From the NCBI GenBank assembly GCA_951800365.1, contig CATOJW010000019.1:1-63128 (forward strand): a DNA stretch of 63,128 bases, written 5' to 3'. Under the pieces are notes generated by a model that worked only from the letters and a program-made list of their open reading frames with translations, searched no databases and was not told where the DNA came from. Source of the DNA: an uncultured Lachnospiraceae bacterium. Lineage in GTDB: Bacteria; Bacillota; Clostridia; Lachnospirales; Lachnospiraceae. The translations under genes were made by a program, and so were the position numbers. This document shows, piece after piece, positions 47,808 through 58,756 of this stretch (position 1 is its first letter; each line of letters starts with the position of its first letter).

Positions 47808-48959
47808 TTAATATCCAAATATTTGTGCTGCCTGTTTCATTTTCTGAATAATTTCTACTCCAAAAGGACAATTTTTTTCACAATTTCCGCAAGCAATACA
47901 CTCAGAAGCATGATGTTCCAATAGTTGATAGTGATCCGCTACAGTTTCCGGTACTGCTCCCTGTGCCAACGATAAATTTAAATATTTATTGACATCTGCT
48001 ACAGAAATTCCAACTGTACAAGGCGCACAATGTCCACAATACATACAGTTTCCTTTCAAATGAAACTTTTCCACCTGTGTCAAAATTTTAGTATAATCCC
48101 GCTCCTCTTTTGAAACTTCATAATAACGTACCAATTTTTCCATCTCTTCTATCGAATGACATCCTGCCATTACCGCTGCAACTGCAGGTCTGGTCAGACA
48201 ATATTCTATACACTGATATTCATTAAAAGCCACCCCAAATGGAGAAAGTTCTGCTTTCAGCATATCCCCGCCGCCAAATACTTTCATAACATCAATCGCT
48301 ACACCCTCTCGCTCACATAACTCATATAATTCCTTTCGTTCCGGGTGAATCCCGTCCGTTCCATTTTTATAATTTTCCAGATTCCAAAGATCCTCACAAT
48401 TCTCAGAAGACGGCTGCATATCATAAGCAGCATTTACAGAAAACATCAGTACATCCAAAACCCCGGTTTGCACCGCTTTTTTTGCAATAAAAGGATTATG
48501 AGAACTCATACCAATTCCCCGAATCTGTCCTTTTTCCTTTAATTCTTTACAATAATCAATCAATTCCCCCTGAAATATGGTCTTAAAATCCTCTTCTCCA
48601 TCTACATAATGAATCATTCCAATATCCAAATAATCTGTTCCTAATCTATGTAACTGATCTTCAAAAGCTACCTTTACCTTTTTCATCTCTCGTGTTCGAA
48701 GATACTGTCCGTTTTCCCATGCTGAACCCAAATGCCCCTGAAGCACCACATGATCTCGCCGTCCCTTTATTGCTTTCCCCATAAAATCTCGAAAAACAGG
48801 ATTTGGCGTATACATATCAATAAAATTAATTCCAAGCTGCACTGCCCTGTCAAACATAGCTAAAAATTCTTCCTCAGATTTTCCTATAAATCCCTCACAT
48901 CCTAATGCAATTTCACTTACTCTTATCCCATTACAGCGTTGAAGTTCCCGATATCTCAT
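47808..48959 (-). CDS. Aldo/keto reductase fused to a 2x[4Fe-4S] ferredoxin-like domain
   Basis: AKR core plus C-terminal CMYCGHCAPC / CIACGNCEKNCP cysteine clusters. Confidence 0.75.
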   Translation of the reverse strand: MRYRELQRCNGIRVSEIALGCEGFIGKSEEEFLAMFDRAVQLGINFIDMYTPNPVFRDFMGKAIKGRRDHVVLQGHLGSAWENGQYLRTREMKKVKVAFEDQLHRLGTDYLDIGMIHYVDGEEDFKTIFQGELIDYCKELKEKGQIRGIGMSSHNPFIAKKAVQTGVLDVLMFSVNAAYDMQPSSENCEDLWNLENYKNGTDGIHPERKELYELCEREGVAIDVMKVFGGGDMLKAELSPFGVAFNEYQCIEYCLTRPAVAAVMAGCHSIEEMEKLVRYYEVSKEERDYTKILTQVEKFHLKGNCMYCGHCAPCTVGISVADVNKYLNLSLAQGAVPETVADHYQLLEHHASECIACGNCEKNCPFGVEIIQKMKQAAQIFGY

Positions 48960-49077
48960 AAAAACCTCCTTTTAATTTTTATATCTGAAAATAAATTTAC
49001 CTTTCTTTCAAGTTCAAAATCAATTTTCTCTAAAATCAATTTTTATTTCTATATGATTCTCCGATAAACAAATATTT

Positions 49078-49662
49078 TTATTTTGCAATATATCTTTCCC
49101 ATACTTGTGGTAATTTTAACTTTATAAAAGAAGCATAGGAACAATCAGGGGTTTCCATCATATGCTTTTCCTTTAAATATTCGACACAGCGTGAATACCA
49201 CCATTCCAACTGCTGCTCCGATTTATCCTCAAAATGACCTACTGCCAGTTTACCCTGCTTCACATATTCCATAAACAGATCATATGCATTTTCTACCCAG
49301 ACACACTTCGTTACTTCAATAGGTTTTGTTGCCAATCTCGCACATGGAATATTTTTGAATGAAATGACTTGATTTTCTTCCGCAAAAACTTCATAGATAT
49401 ATCCACTGACCCCTTCAGATACTTCTTCCAATGCATTCGGATACAATTCATGGTAAATTGGTATATTACTGCCACTTTCAAAGCCATAAGGAAACCAATA
49501 ATATGGTCTTTCTACGGCGTTACATAAATAAAATGCGGCAACCACATCTATTGTGGTCATATATACATATGGTCGGTCATGGTCAGCTTGATTGGGTTTT
49601 AATACTTTAATATTTCCAGTATTACTTCCATGATATAATATCATAGAGGCATCTCCTTTCAA
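49078..49662 (-). CDS. Hypothetical protein
   Basis: 194-aa ORF with no recognisable family. Confidence 0.4.
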   Translation of the reverse strand: MKGDASMILYHGSNTGNIKVLKPNQADHDRPYVYMTTIDVVAAFYLCNAVERPYYWFPYGFESGSNIPIYHELYPNALEEVSEGVSGYIYEVFAEENQVISFKNIPCARLATKPIEVTKCVWVENAYDLFMEYVKQGKLAVGHFEDKSEQQLEWWYSRCVEYLKEKHMMETPDCSYASFIKLKLPQVWERYIAK

Positions 49663-49692
49663 TTATCTCCAAAAATAATTATAGTTTATTTC

Positions 49693-49956
49693 CTACCAAG
49701 TTGTCTTTTGATCTTTGTGTGTATAGTTTTTCATCTGTTCTGTTAAAATAGATAATTTTTCCATATAATAAGCTTTTTGCTTTTCATTTAATTTGTTCTC
49801 ACTTAAACATTGATTCAGTATACTCTGAAATTCCTTTAGATTCTCTTGTGCAGCATCTTTATAATTATTTGACATATTCATTTGAATTTTCTGCAAAACC
49901 GCTTCTAACTGTGCATTTTTTTTAAAATTTTTTAAACATGGAACAATTCCAAACAC
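49693..49956 (-). CDS. Hypothetical small protein
   Basis: 87-aa ORF, helical, co-oriented with its neighbour. Confidence 0.3.
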   Translation of the reverse strand: MFGIVPCLKNFKKNAQLEAVLQKIQMNMSNNYKDAAQENLKEFQSILNQCLSENKLNEKQKAYYMEKLSILTEQMKNYTHKDQKTTW

Positions 49957-50089
49957 CTAATCCATTCACCTCTCAATCCGATATAAAATAAAAACTTATT
50001 TTTTATTATAACATAAATCACCTTTATATTCTATACCTATCTTATTATACTTTAATTAAGCTTTTGGAGATAGGATGTTGCCGGAAAGG

Positions 50090-50465
50090 ATTGGATTTCA
50101 CCGGACGCAAGAGGCGGTTGAATAGCGGTAGAAATCATGTTTTATTACAGAGTAGATTTTTAGAAAAATTTAGATACAATTCTTTTTTTGTTTCGGCATC
50201 AAAAAACAGCCTGATTCGAAAACAATAGACAGCCTGCAGTGACTTTGAAAAAAAGTTAGAAGTTCTTGACTTCTGCTCGAAAGCCTAAGATTTTTTTCAC
50301 ATCCTGCTTCCATGCAGGGTGTGAAAAAAAAGGGTTGTGTTTAGCCCATGTAATAAAAAAGAGGTTGTCTTATGGTTGGTAAAATCTCCCCTTACACCAA
50401 CTTCGTTTCGACTGCAGTGAGGGCGAATTGCACCCCGGTCTGTCGGCTGTCTATTGTTTTCGAAT
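50090..50465. repeat. Composite repeat: A stub, then linker, then B element with shortened right arm
   Basis: B arms cgaaaacaatagacagcctg / ctgtctattgttttcg are a unique but complementary variant. Confidence 0.85.
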
Positions 50466-50612
50466 CTGGCGTCCTCTTAAATTCCAAAAGCCTAATCAAA
50501 GTTATTATTATTATAATTTTTCAAAAAATTTCCACTTTAAATTAAAAATTTAGTATTAAGTTTTTATTATAAATATTTACAACAAATTTCACCCCTGCTC
50601 TATTTTCCGGCA

Positions 50613-50782
50613 AAAATACACAGCCAAAATCCGAAGGAAGGTCTGCAAAGGGTCATCATTTCCCGTCAGCACTTAGGCACGGTCTTGCTGTGTTTTCGTG
50701 CCTTATGTGTCCGCTATGAAAATAGGAAATGCTAAGCCCAAACGGGCTCGGTGCAAACCTTCCTTCGGATTTTGGCGTCCCC
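50613..50782 (+). repeat. Type C structured repeat, copy C6
   Basis: Inner hairpin variant ggcacg..cgtgcc; ends 3 bp from the GerKA stop. Confidence 0.8.
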
Positions 50783-50784
50783 TA

Positions 50785-52212
50785 CTATTTATTTTCAGTT
50801 TTAGGCAAACTAATCCGTACAAATCGCCGCAAAAACTCCCGTCCATTAAAAGGGAAAAGAGGATAAAGATAACTTTTTCCAGAAAGTGTCCGATTCTGAC
50901 AAACGCAAAAAATCGTAAACAACACTCCAAAGATATACCCCCAAACATTAAATATCTGCGTAAGCAACAAAGTAATCAACCGCATAAATTTCAATGCAAA
51001 ACCCAATTCAAAGCTCGGCTGCGAATAATTTGCCAATACCACAAATGCCATATAAAGCATCGCTTCCGAATTAAACCATCCAGACTGCACAGCATAATCT
51101 CCCAGCACCAATCCGGCAATTACGCTTAAAGGAGTACTAAGCATATTCGGTGTATTTACTGCTGCAAGACGAAGCCCATCAATCGCAAATTCCAAAATAA
51201 TCAACTGCCAGATCAAAGGAACTTGTATCTCCTCAGCCGGAAAGATAAAAGCCAGCCATTCGGGAACCCACTCTGGATTCCTCATCAAAAGCAGCCACGT
51301 AGGCGTCAATATCCATGTCAACAGCGTAATCATAAACCGTGCCAATCGAAGATAAGTCCCAGTCACAGGAGGAAAATAATAATCATCCGCTTCTTCCAAA
51401 ATATCAAACACCGAACAAGGCAAAATCATAGCAGAAGGCGAATTATCCACCAAAATAGCAATTCCGCCCTCTAATATAGAAGCCGCTGCTGTATCCGGGC
51501 GTTCCGTATATTTATATTTCGGAAACGGATTCCACCACCCTCTTTTATAAAGACACTCTGCCAAACTCTCCTGATTCATTGTCAGTGCATCAATATCAAT
51601 CTCATTAATTCGCCGAATCAAGTCTTTTAAAAACTGCTGATCGACTCGATCTCTCATATAACAAACCGCAATATCCGTTTTTGAAGCACGCCCCACAGTA
51701 TACATCTCATTCGTAAGCTCTGTACTGCGAATCCGTCTGCGAATCAATGCCGTATTAAACACCACCGTTTCTACAAAACCGTCCCGAGACCCCCGCATTA
51801 CTCTGTCCTTTTCCGGTTCTTCTACTCCCCTTGCCGGATAATCCCTGCAATCAATTAAATAAGCCTCTGGATACCCTTCTATAAACATAGCTACCACACC
51901 AGAAAGCACATTTTTTACAATAGTATCCTCTTCTTTATTCATTTCCACTTGCAGATAAGACAAATATTTCTCAGAAAACTTATTTGCATCCTGCGGCATA
52001 TCCTCTTCCTTAATACTAACAAAAGAAGAAGTTATCTTCTGCATAATATCATCTTTCACAAAACCATTCAGAAAAAAATACGCCGCTTCCCGACCACCAA
52101 CCAAAAATTTCCAATACAATACATCAAAACTATCCTCTGTACGTAAAAGCTGCTTCATCCGCTCAAAGGTATTTTGAAAATCCGTTTGGTTTGTTCTATC
52201 CATTTTTCTCAC
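50785..52212 (-). CDS. Spore germination protein, GerA/GerKA family
   Basis: RVMRGSRDGFVETVVFNTALIRRRIR signature plus C-terminal multi-TM domain. Confidence 0.8.
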   Translation of the reverse strand: MRKMDRTNQTDFQNTFERMKQLLRTEDSFDVLYWKFLVGGREAAYFFLNGFVKDDIMQKITSSFVSIKEEDMPQDANKFSEKYLSYLQVEMNKEEDTIVKNVLSGVVAMFIEGYPEAYLIDCRDYPARGVEEPEKDRVMRGSRDGFVETVVFNTALIRRRIRSTELTNEMYTVGRASKTDIAVCYMRDRVDQQFLKDLIRRINEIDIDALTMNQESLAECLYKRGWWNPFPKYKYTERPDTAAASILEGGIAILVDNSPSAMILPCSVFDILEEADDYYFPPVTGTYLRLARFMITLLTWILTPTWLLLMRNPEWVPEWLAFIFPAEEIQVPLIWQLIILEFAIDGLRLAAVNTPNMLSTPLSVIAGLVLGDYAVQSGWFNSEAMLYMAFVVLANYSQPSFELGFALKFMRLITLLLTQIFNVWGYIFGVLFTIFCVCQNRTLSGKSYLYPLFPFNGREFLRRFVRISLPKTENK

Positions 52213-52353
52213 CCTCTCCTTATATTTCTTCTATCGAAAACACAATTAATCCGATTCCATTCCGATAAAAAATAGTATCTTCTAAATCAAAAAAAATATA
52301 CATTCAAGAGAAACAAGAAAAAGAACAGCCAAATCTAAGCAAAATCTATCTCT

Positions 52354-53070
52354 TTACTCCGTCCCATAAGAATAAGTATTACTTTCTTCATCCCCTTTTA
52401 CAGTCAAACTAAGCCCCGTAATATCCCCCTCATATTTTTCTGGAATCTGAAAAATCAAAACAGCCTGCTTGGTTTCTTTTGCAGAAAATGTTTCTTTAAA
52501 AGTAGACAAATCATCCAAAAGCATTGTCATCTGCGATCCAAACCGTTCCGTATCATTCACTCTGCACCGATAACTTCTCTTTTTTGACAAAATATCACAT
52601 TCTTTTTCTTCCTCTGACTGATTCGTAATCTGAAACTTTAAAACCAGATACCTCTGATTACTATCTTTCACCTGTATCGACAACTGAGGCGGTCTTGCAT
52701 CCGTATACTTTTGAACCACTTCATATCCTGCATATTCTATCCCAAAACCATCCTGTGCAATTCCTAAAGCCTCTGGCAGACTCTTTGCAGGTGCTTCTGT
52801 AGAAACAGATGCATTTGGTTTATTTTGCCCTGTCTGTCCGCTCTGTGTTTCAGATAAATCCGGCGAAGGCAAAGTAGAACTAATCGTTGTTGTTTCCACT
52901 TCCACTACATAATCCTGAAGTTTCGGCTGATAAGTAGCAGAATGTTTTAACAAAACAGTAGCTGCATACTCTGCTATCAAATCACTTTCCCTATCCGTCA
53001 ATTCCACTGCTCCACAACCTGTCAAAAGCACAGTAGCTGCGCACAATGCTACACATAATCTCTTTCTCAT
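52354..53070 (-). CDS. Lipoprotein of unknown function (DUF4352-like)
   Basis: Lipobox LLTGC; Thr/Ser-rich linker; beta-rich C-terminal domain. Confidence 0.5.
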   Translation of the reverse strand: MRKRLCVALCAATVLLTGCGAVELTDRESDLIAEYAATVLLKHSATYQPKLQDYVVEVETTTISSTLPSPDLSETQSGQTGQNKPNASVSTEAPAKSLPEALGIAQDGFGIEYAGYEVVQKYTDARPPQLSIQVKDSNQRYLVLKFQITNQSEEEKECDILSKKRSYRCRVNDTERFGSQMTMLLDDLSTFKETFSAKETKQAVLIFQIPEKYEGDITGLSLTVKGDEESNTYSYGTE

Positions 53071-53274
53071 AATTAATTTTACCTCTCACCTTCCATTTTT
53101 TAAACTGCCACAAAAACAATTTTCCCGGATTCCCCTTCTATTTTTTGTTTAACAATTTCCCCGATCTCTCTTTCTTCCTCTTAATAGTTTATCACCAATT
53201 CCCGTTTTCCACAACCTTATTTTTACATTTTCCTTAATTAGGCTTTTAAAAATAGGTTGACGGAAAAGAAATTG

Positions 53275-54212
53275 CTTTCACCGGACGCAAGAGGCGGTTT
53301 GCTCCTTTTCTTTGCTTGCTCCGCTCTCCGAACGGTAAGAAAGTCTAAGGCTTCTGTATCTAAGCACATCCAACCGGACGAACCGGGGCGCAATTCGCCC
53401 TCACCACAGCCGAAACCCAACAAATGTAAGGAAAGATTTTATCAGCCATAAAACATTCCCTTCCCCATCATCCGGGCTAAACACGCCCCTTTTTTTGCAT
53501 ACCCTGCATGGAAGCAGGATATGCAAAAAATTCTAGGTGTTCCCACAGAAGCCAGACTTTCTAACCATTCTCCGAAGTCGCCGACAAAGAAAAGGAGCAA
53601 ACCGCCTCTCGCTGTTAATCGGATCACGGAAAAAATTATAAAAAATTATATTTTGTCACTTTATTCTATAAGTCAAAATTAATTTTATCTTCCAGTAAAA
53701 TAAGTACAAATTTTGCAGTAATCTTTTATTAGATGACAATAATTTTCCTGAATCATATAAAATAAAAGATTTCTAAATCCATATCCTTTCTCTGCTATAT
53801 TTAAAAATTTTTAAAACTCTTATGAAATACAAAAGTTTGGAATAAAATTCTTCTTTGTTTCGGAGTCAAGAAACAGCCAGATTCGAAAACCGTGAACCGC
53901 CTGCAGTGACTTTGGAGAAAAGTTAGAAGTTCTTGACTTCTGCTTAAAAACATAAGATTTTTTTCACATACTGCTTCCATGCAGTGTGTGAAAAAAAAGG
54001 AGCGTGTTTAGCTCGCATATGTTTTGGAAAGCGATTGTTTTGTGGCAGATAAAACCTTTTGGTATATCAATTTCGTTTTGGCTGCCATGCGAGCGAATTG
54101 CGCTCCGGTCTGTCCGGTTGGATGTAGCCTCAATGCAGAAGTCTTAGAACTTCTTACTTTTTGGAAACGTGGAACAGCAGGCGGTTCACGGTTTTCGAAT
54201 CTGGCGTCCCCC
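53275..54212. repeat. Composite repeat: A element (minus, 53275-53612), expanded 250-bp AT-rich linker, B element (plus, 53862-54212)
   Basis: A arms gctccttttctttg / caaagaaaaggagc are a variant. B arms aaaaccgtgaaccgcctg / caggcggttcacggtttt. Confidence 0.85.
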
Positions 54213-54225
54213 TCCCCCAAAAATT

Positions 54226-55737
54226 TTAAACCCCTATATCACTATCTGCCTCAAACCAAAATTCTACCCCATTTTCCAAATTCCGCACCCCATACTCCTT
54301 ATGATGTGCCTCCATAATTGCCTTTACAATCGAAAGCCCTATCCCGCTCCCTCCATATTCTCTTGTCCTTGCCTTATCCACCTTATAAAATTTAATCCAC
54401 ACTTTATCCAAATCCTCTTCTGGAATCCGATTCCCCGTATTAAAAACACAAACCCGCACCGTATGCTCATTTTTTACCAAAGAAACCACTATCTTTTTTT
54501 CATTTGCTGCATAATGAATGGCATTACTGATATAATTCGTAATCACTTCCTCTATCTGATACTCATCTCCCCATACAAAAACTGGCTCTTTCTGCTTTAA
54601 TTCCACCGTAATCTGATTCTGCCGACACAAAATCTCAACTGACTGTATTACTCCGGCAAGCAAAGCCGTTATATCAAATCGCTCCATTGCAATCTGATCC
54701 TGTCCAAACTCAAGCTGATTTAAAGTCAAAAGTTTTTTTACCATCTTATTCATCTTATTTGCTTCATCCATAATCACTTCACAATAAAACTCCCTGCTCT
54801 GTGCATCCTCATTAATCTCCTCCGCAAGTCCCTCTGCATACCCTTGAATCAATGCAATCGGTGTCTTTAATTCATGTGACACATTTGATAAAAATTCCTT
54901 CCGCATTTCATCTACCTGAATCTTTTGTTCTATATCTTTTTGAAGCTCATTATTTGCCGATTTTAGCTCGGAAATCGTACTCTCCAATTTCTTAGAAAGT
55001 TCATTCATACTCTGTCCAAGAACCCCAATCTCATCCTTATCATGCCTCTCATACTTTGCCTCAAAATCCAAATTAGACATTTTACGGGATAACTCTGCCA
55101 ATTCCATCAAAGGCTGAACCAAACGCCGAGTCATCGCTGTAGAAATCAAAATCGCAAGCACACTTACCACTACTCCCACATATGCCACAAAACGATTTGA
55201 AATATCTACACTTTCCCGAATACTCTCCAAAGGAATCCGAAGTAGCATATATTCCCGCATATTCGGCTCTACCCCATAAAGTTCCAAAAAAGCAGTAGAA
55301 AACCGATTATCTTCATTCCGAAAAATACTATAATTCTCCTCCTGCTTCAAAGTAACTGCATTATTATCAATCCCAAACAAATAAGGCATAACCAAATCCT
55401 GCAGTGTCTGTGCCTTATTTACATTATAATAAATCGGCTTTAACACCCCCGTATTCGCATCCAAAATAATATAAGTAATATTTGACTTTTGACACAGCCC
55501 CTCCAATTCCAGCGCCACCTCATCCGTCCTTTTATTACTCTGCACCAATTCACACATACTAAAATACACATTCTCCAACTTTGTCTGCTTACTAATCAAA
55601 TAATACCCCTCCAAAAACCGATTATTAATAAACAAAAGCAAACAAATTGTCCCAGTTGTCGCAAACAAAAGCAGCACAATAATCTTCATCCGAATCGAGT
55701 GCTGCGTCCTCTCTGCAATTTCCCTTATTCTCTTCAT
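54226..55737 (-). CDS. Sensor histidine kinase (TM-HAMP-HisKA-HATPase)
   Basis: SNVSHELKTPIALIQGY H-box; N, G1 and G2 boxes (GGSGIGLSIV). Confidence 0.85.
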   Translation of the reverse strand: MKRIREIAERTQHSIRMKIIVLLLFATTGTICLLLFINNRFLEGYYLISKQTKLENVYFSMCELVQSNKRTDEVALELEGLCQKSNITYIILDANTGVLKPIYYNVNKAQTLQDLVMPYLFGIDNNAVTLKQEENYSIFRNEDNRFSTAFLELYGVEPNMREYMLLRIPLESIRESVDISNRFVAYVGVVVSVLAILISTAMTRRLVQPLMELAELSRKMSNLDFEAKYERHDKDEIGVLGQSMNELSKKLESTISELKSANNELQKDIEQKIQVDEMRKEFLSNVSHELKTPIALIQGYAEGLAEEINEDAQSREFYCEVIMDEANKMNKMVKKLLTLNQLEFGQDQIAMERFDITALLAGVIQSVEILCRQNQITVELKQKEPVFVWGDEYQIEEVITNYISNAIHYAANEKKIVVSLVKNEHTVRVCVFNTGNRIPEEDLDKVWIKFYKVDKARTREYGGSGIGLSIVKAIMEAHHKEYGVRNLENGVEFWFEADSDIGV

Positions 55738-55829
55738 TCCTTCACCTTATATCCTTCTTTAAACACAAAAAGACAAAAAAACACTTATTAACCATCACCC
55801 TTTCCCACTTTTGAAGATAGGATAGTGGC

Positions 55830-56290
55830 TTTCACCGGATGCGAAAAGCGGTTTGCTCCTCGCTGTTGGTTAAATAGCAGTAGAAATAATATTTTATTAC
55901 AGAACAAATTTTCCGCAAAATTTGGATCCCATTCTTTTTTTATTCCGGTGTCAAAAAACAGCCAGATTCGAAAACGGTAGGCAGCCTGCAGTAACTTTGG
56001 AAAAAAGTTAGAAGTTCTTAGACTTCTGCTCGAAAACCTAAGATTTTTTTCACATCCTGCTTCCATGCAGGGTGTGAAAAAAAAGGGGTGTGTTTAGCCC
56101 GGATAATAGGGAAGAAGATGTTTTACGACTGGTAACATCCTTCTTTACACCAATTCCGCTTCGGCTGAAAGGAGGGCGAATTGCACCCCGGTCTGTCTGG
56201 TTGGGTGCACAAAGATACAGAAGTCTTAGAACTTCTTACTTTTTGGAAACCGGAACAGCAGGCTGCCTACCGTTTTCGAATCTGGCGTCC
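55830..56290. repeat. Composite repeat (A stub, linker, full B) inserted between the response-regulator and histidine-kinase genes
   Basis: B arms ggtaggcagcctg / caggctgcctacc; fills the 578-bp RR-HK spacer. Confidence 0.85.
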
Positions 56291-56315
56291 CCCTTCGAAC
56301 TTCTAGTATCCCACT

Positions 56316-56990
56316 TCACACCTCAAATTTATACCCCATCCCCCAAATCGTCTTAATATACTCCCCCTTCTCCCCCATCTTACTCCGAAGTTTCTTTACA
56401 TGTGTATCTATCGTCCGGGCATCCCCAAAATAATCATAATTCCAAACATGATTCAAAATCTTCTCCCGTGATAAAGCCAGCCCCTGATTCTCAATAAAAT
56501 AAGTAAGCAGCTCAAACTCCTTAAAACTTAACTCCACATCTTCTCCATCAATCGTAACCTTATGAGCTGCCTTATCTAAACAAATCCCCCCTACCTCAAT
56601 TACCTCATCCATATTCAGTTTATTTGCCCGCCGCAAAATCGCTTCCACTCTAGCCACTAAAATCTTTGGACTAAACGGCTTTGAAATATATTCATCCACC
56701 CCCAGTTCAAATCCCAGCAGTTCGTCCCGTTCATCTCCCTTTGCCGTCAGCATAATAATCGGCACTTTTGAATATTTCCGAACTTCCCGGCAGACCTGCC
56801 AGCCATCCATTTTTGGCATCATTACATCCAAAATCAACAAAGCAATTTCCTTTTCCTGAAAAAAAATATCAATCGCTTCTTCTCCGTTTTCTGCCTCTAA
56901 TACCTCAAAATTCTTTTTTACCAAAAAATCCCGCACCAATTTTCTCATTCTGCTTTCATCATCAATTACCAGAACTTTTAATTTATCCAT
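56316..56990 (-). CDS. OmpR-family response regulator
   Basis: Receiver domain (VLVIDDE...D...K) plus winged-helix domain (WGMGYKF). Confidence 0.9.
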   Translation of the reverse strand: MDKLKVLVIDDESRMRKLVRDFLVKKNFEVLEAENGEEAIDIFFQEKEIALLILDVMMPKMDGWQVCREVRKYSKVPIIMLTAKGDERDELLGFELGVDEYISKPFSPKILVARVEAILRRANKLNMDEVIEVGGICLDKAAHKVTIDGEDVELSFKEFELLTYFIENQGLALSREKILNHVWNYDYFGDARTIDTHVKKLRSKMGEKGEYIKTIWGMGYKFEV

Positions 56991-57041
56991 TCTCTGCCTC
57001 CCTGCCTTTTTTTCTACAATTCCTTATAGCATGAAGTTATG

Positions 57042-57620
57042 TCAATTCTGTGAACTGGATCGTTCTAATTCCTGCTCCCTTTCCTTTAATTCTGCCTCTT
57101 TTTGCTGCAAAGACTGCTCCCAAGATACATATTTATTGATCAAAGCATTTTCATAATTCAAAATATTTACATGATTACTATTCAACGTAATATAAGCCAT
57201 AATCAAAATAGCAATCACCAATAAAACATTTAAAGTCAAAGAAAAATAATATTTTTGCCGATAATACGAATCCCCACTTTTTCTATTTTTTTGTTCCAAT
57301 AATTCCTCTTTTTTTGCCTTATCCCGTTCTCTTACTCTTAACCACTGTTCATCTTCTTTTGAAAACCCATTAATTCTCTTATTTTCAATCTCTTCTGCTT
57401 CTAATAAACGTTCCTTTAACTCTCTTAAAAACTTTTCTCCAACTTTTGTTTTTAAAATATTTCGCTCCACCAATTTATTATAAACAGAAAGTGCAGTTTC
57501 TATATCATCCATATTGTTTTGTGATAAAATATACTGAATCCCTTCCCATTCCTTTTTTGCCTTTTTCGCTTCTTGGGGATCACGATATGTAATTCCATAA
57601 ATTGTTTCTCCGTTCGCCAT
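57042..57620 (-). CDS. Hypothetical membrane-anchored coiled-coil protein
   Basis: One TM helix; charged coiled-coil flanks. Confidence 0.4.
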   Translation of the reverse strand: MANGETIYGITYRDPQEAKKAKKEWEGIQYILSQNNMDDIETALSVYNKLVERNILKTKVGEKFLRELKERLLEAEEIENKRINGFSKEDEQWLRVRERDKAKKEELLEQKNRKSGDSYYRQKYYFSLTLNVLLVIAILIMAYITLNSNHVNILNYENALINKYVSWEQSLQQKEAELKEREQELERSSSQN

Positions 57621-57750
57621 AAGCTACACTCCTTTCACCAGTTACCCAAAAAAGCAGACAATCTGAAAGAAAAAGCCCCGGCTTTTTCTCCGGGACTTTA
57701 TCACCTATTTTAACCATTAGGATCTGTATCACTTATTTTCCTACAGTTCC

Positions 57751-58221
57751 TTAAAAATCAACACGTCCTGCATTTTTCCCATTAATTACATAGTAAACAG
57801 CAGCTTCTTCTGGTTTAATATAAATATCCAATTTCTTAATTGAACTTGCTCTGTGACCTTCTGCTTCCCAAGCCTTTTTTACCCGCTCTTCAATCGTTGC
57901 CACAGTCACTTCTTTTCCCGCATATTGAATAAATATCTGCTTTTCTTCGTCTTTTTTTGCTGCTTCTTTCTTTACAGAACTTCCTTTTACTGTCATATCT
58001 TTTACTTCTTCTTTCTTTCCTGTATTTCTTTTTACTCTTGGTTTTTTCTGTTTTTCCGTATTCTGTTCTTCTACTTCTTCTGTTTTTCCTAAGCCAGCAA
58101 ATGAAGCCTCTTCCAACTTTTCTTCTGCCTGTTTGTTCTCAGCAGATTCCGATACTACTACCGTTTCTGCCTGTTCTGATACTACGGTTTCTGTTACATT
58201 TTTCTTTTTTGGTCTTGGCAT
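57751..58221 (-). CDS. Hypothetical Lys/Glu-rich protein
   Basis: 156-aa ORF with a low-complexity N-terminus and a conserved-looking C-terminal domain. Confidence 0.4.
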   Translation of the reverse strand: MPRPKKKNVTETVVSEQAETVVVSESAENKQAEEKLEEASFAGLGKTEEVEEQNTEKQKKPRVKRNTGKKEEVKDMTVKGSSVKKEAAKKDEEKQIFIQYAGKEVTVATIEERVKKAWEAEGHRASSIKKLDIYIKPEEAAVYYVINGKNAGRVDF

Positions 58222-58239
58222 ATAATCCCTCCTTTATTC

Positions 58240-58491
58240 TTAACAACCTAAGTATGCTTCCATACTCTTTACAGCAGCGTCTTCGTCTGCTCCATCTGCA
58301 TATATCGTAACACTCATACCTTTATGGAGTGTCAGTGCCATCATTCCCATAATACTTTTGGCATTTACCTTACGTGTTCCATTTTCCAGATAAATTGAGC
58401 TTTCATACTGACAAGCTATCTGAACCAACTTTGCCACTGGGTTTAATTCTTCCTCTGCAGGCGCACCAACTAAAACCGTCTTGCTTTCCAT
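58240..58491 (-). CDS. HPr-family protein lacking the catalytic His15
   Basis: KSIMGMMALTLHKGMSVTIYADGADEDAAVKSMEAYL matches HPr. The N-terminal region reads GAPAEEELNPVAK instead of GxHARPA. Confidence 0.6.
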   Translation of the reverse strand: MESKTVLVGAPAEEELNPVAKLVQIACQYESSIYLENGTRKVNAKSIMGMMALTLHKGMSVTIYADGADEDAAVKSMEAYLGC

Positions 58492-58657
58492 TTCTATAAT
58501 CCTCCTCTAAACGCATATCCAATTACTTTACTTTTCTCTTTCTAGTTTCTCTATGCACAAATAGCTTTTCGAATATACTATATACCACAAACAACCCTTT
58601 TGGCAAGCACTTTTGAAAAAAAAATCAGCAGACGCTTTCCGCATCTGCCAAAATTCA

Positions 58658-58731
58658 ATCGAGGTGACGTGATTCGAACACGCGACTTCTACGTCCCGAA
58701 CGTAGCGCTCTACCAAACTGAGCCACACCTC
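58658..58731 (-). tRNA. tRNA-Pro (anticodon CGG)
   Basis: CGAGGTGTGGCTCAGTTTGGTAGAGCGCTACGTTCGGGACGTAGAAGTCGCGTGTTCGAATCACGTCACCTCGA forms a canonical cloverleaf with G37. Confidence 0.85.
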
Positions 58732-58756
58732 GAACATAACACGGCTACGTTTCACC

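Noticed and set aside
58528-58755. 75-aa ORF
   Set aside because: It overlaps tRNA-Pro and the 3' end of tmRNA on the same strand, so it is spurious.
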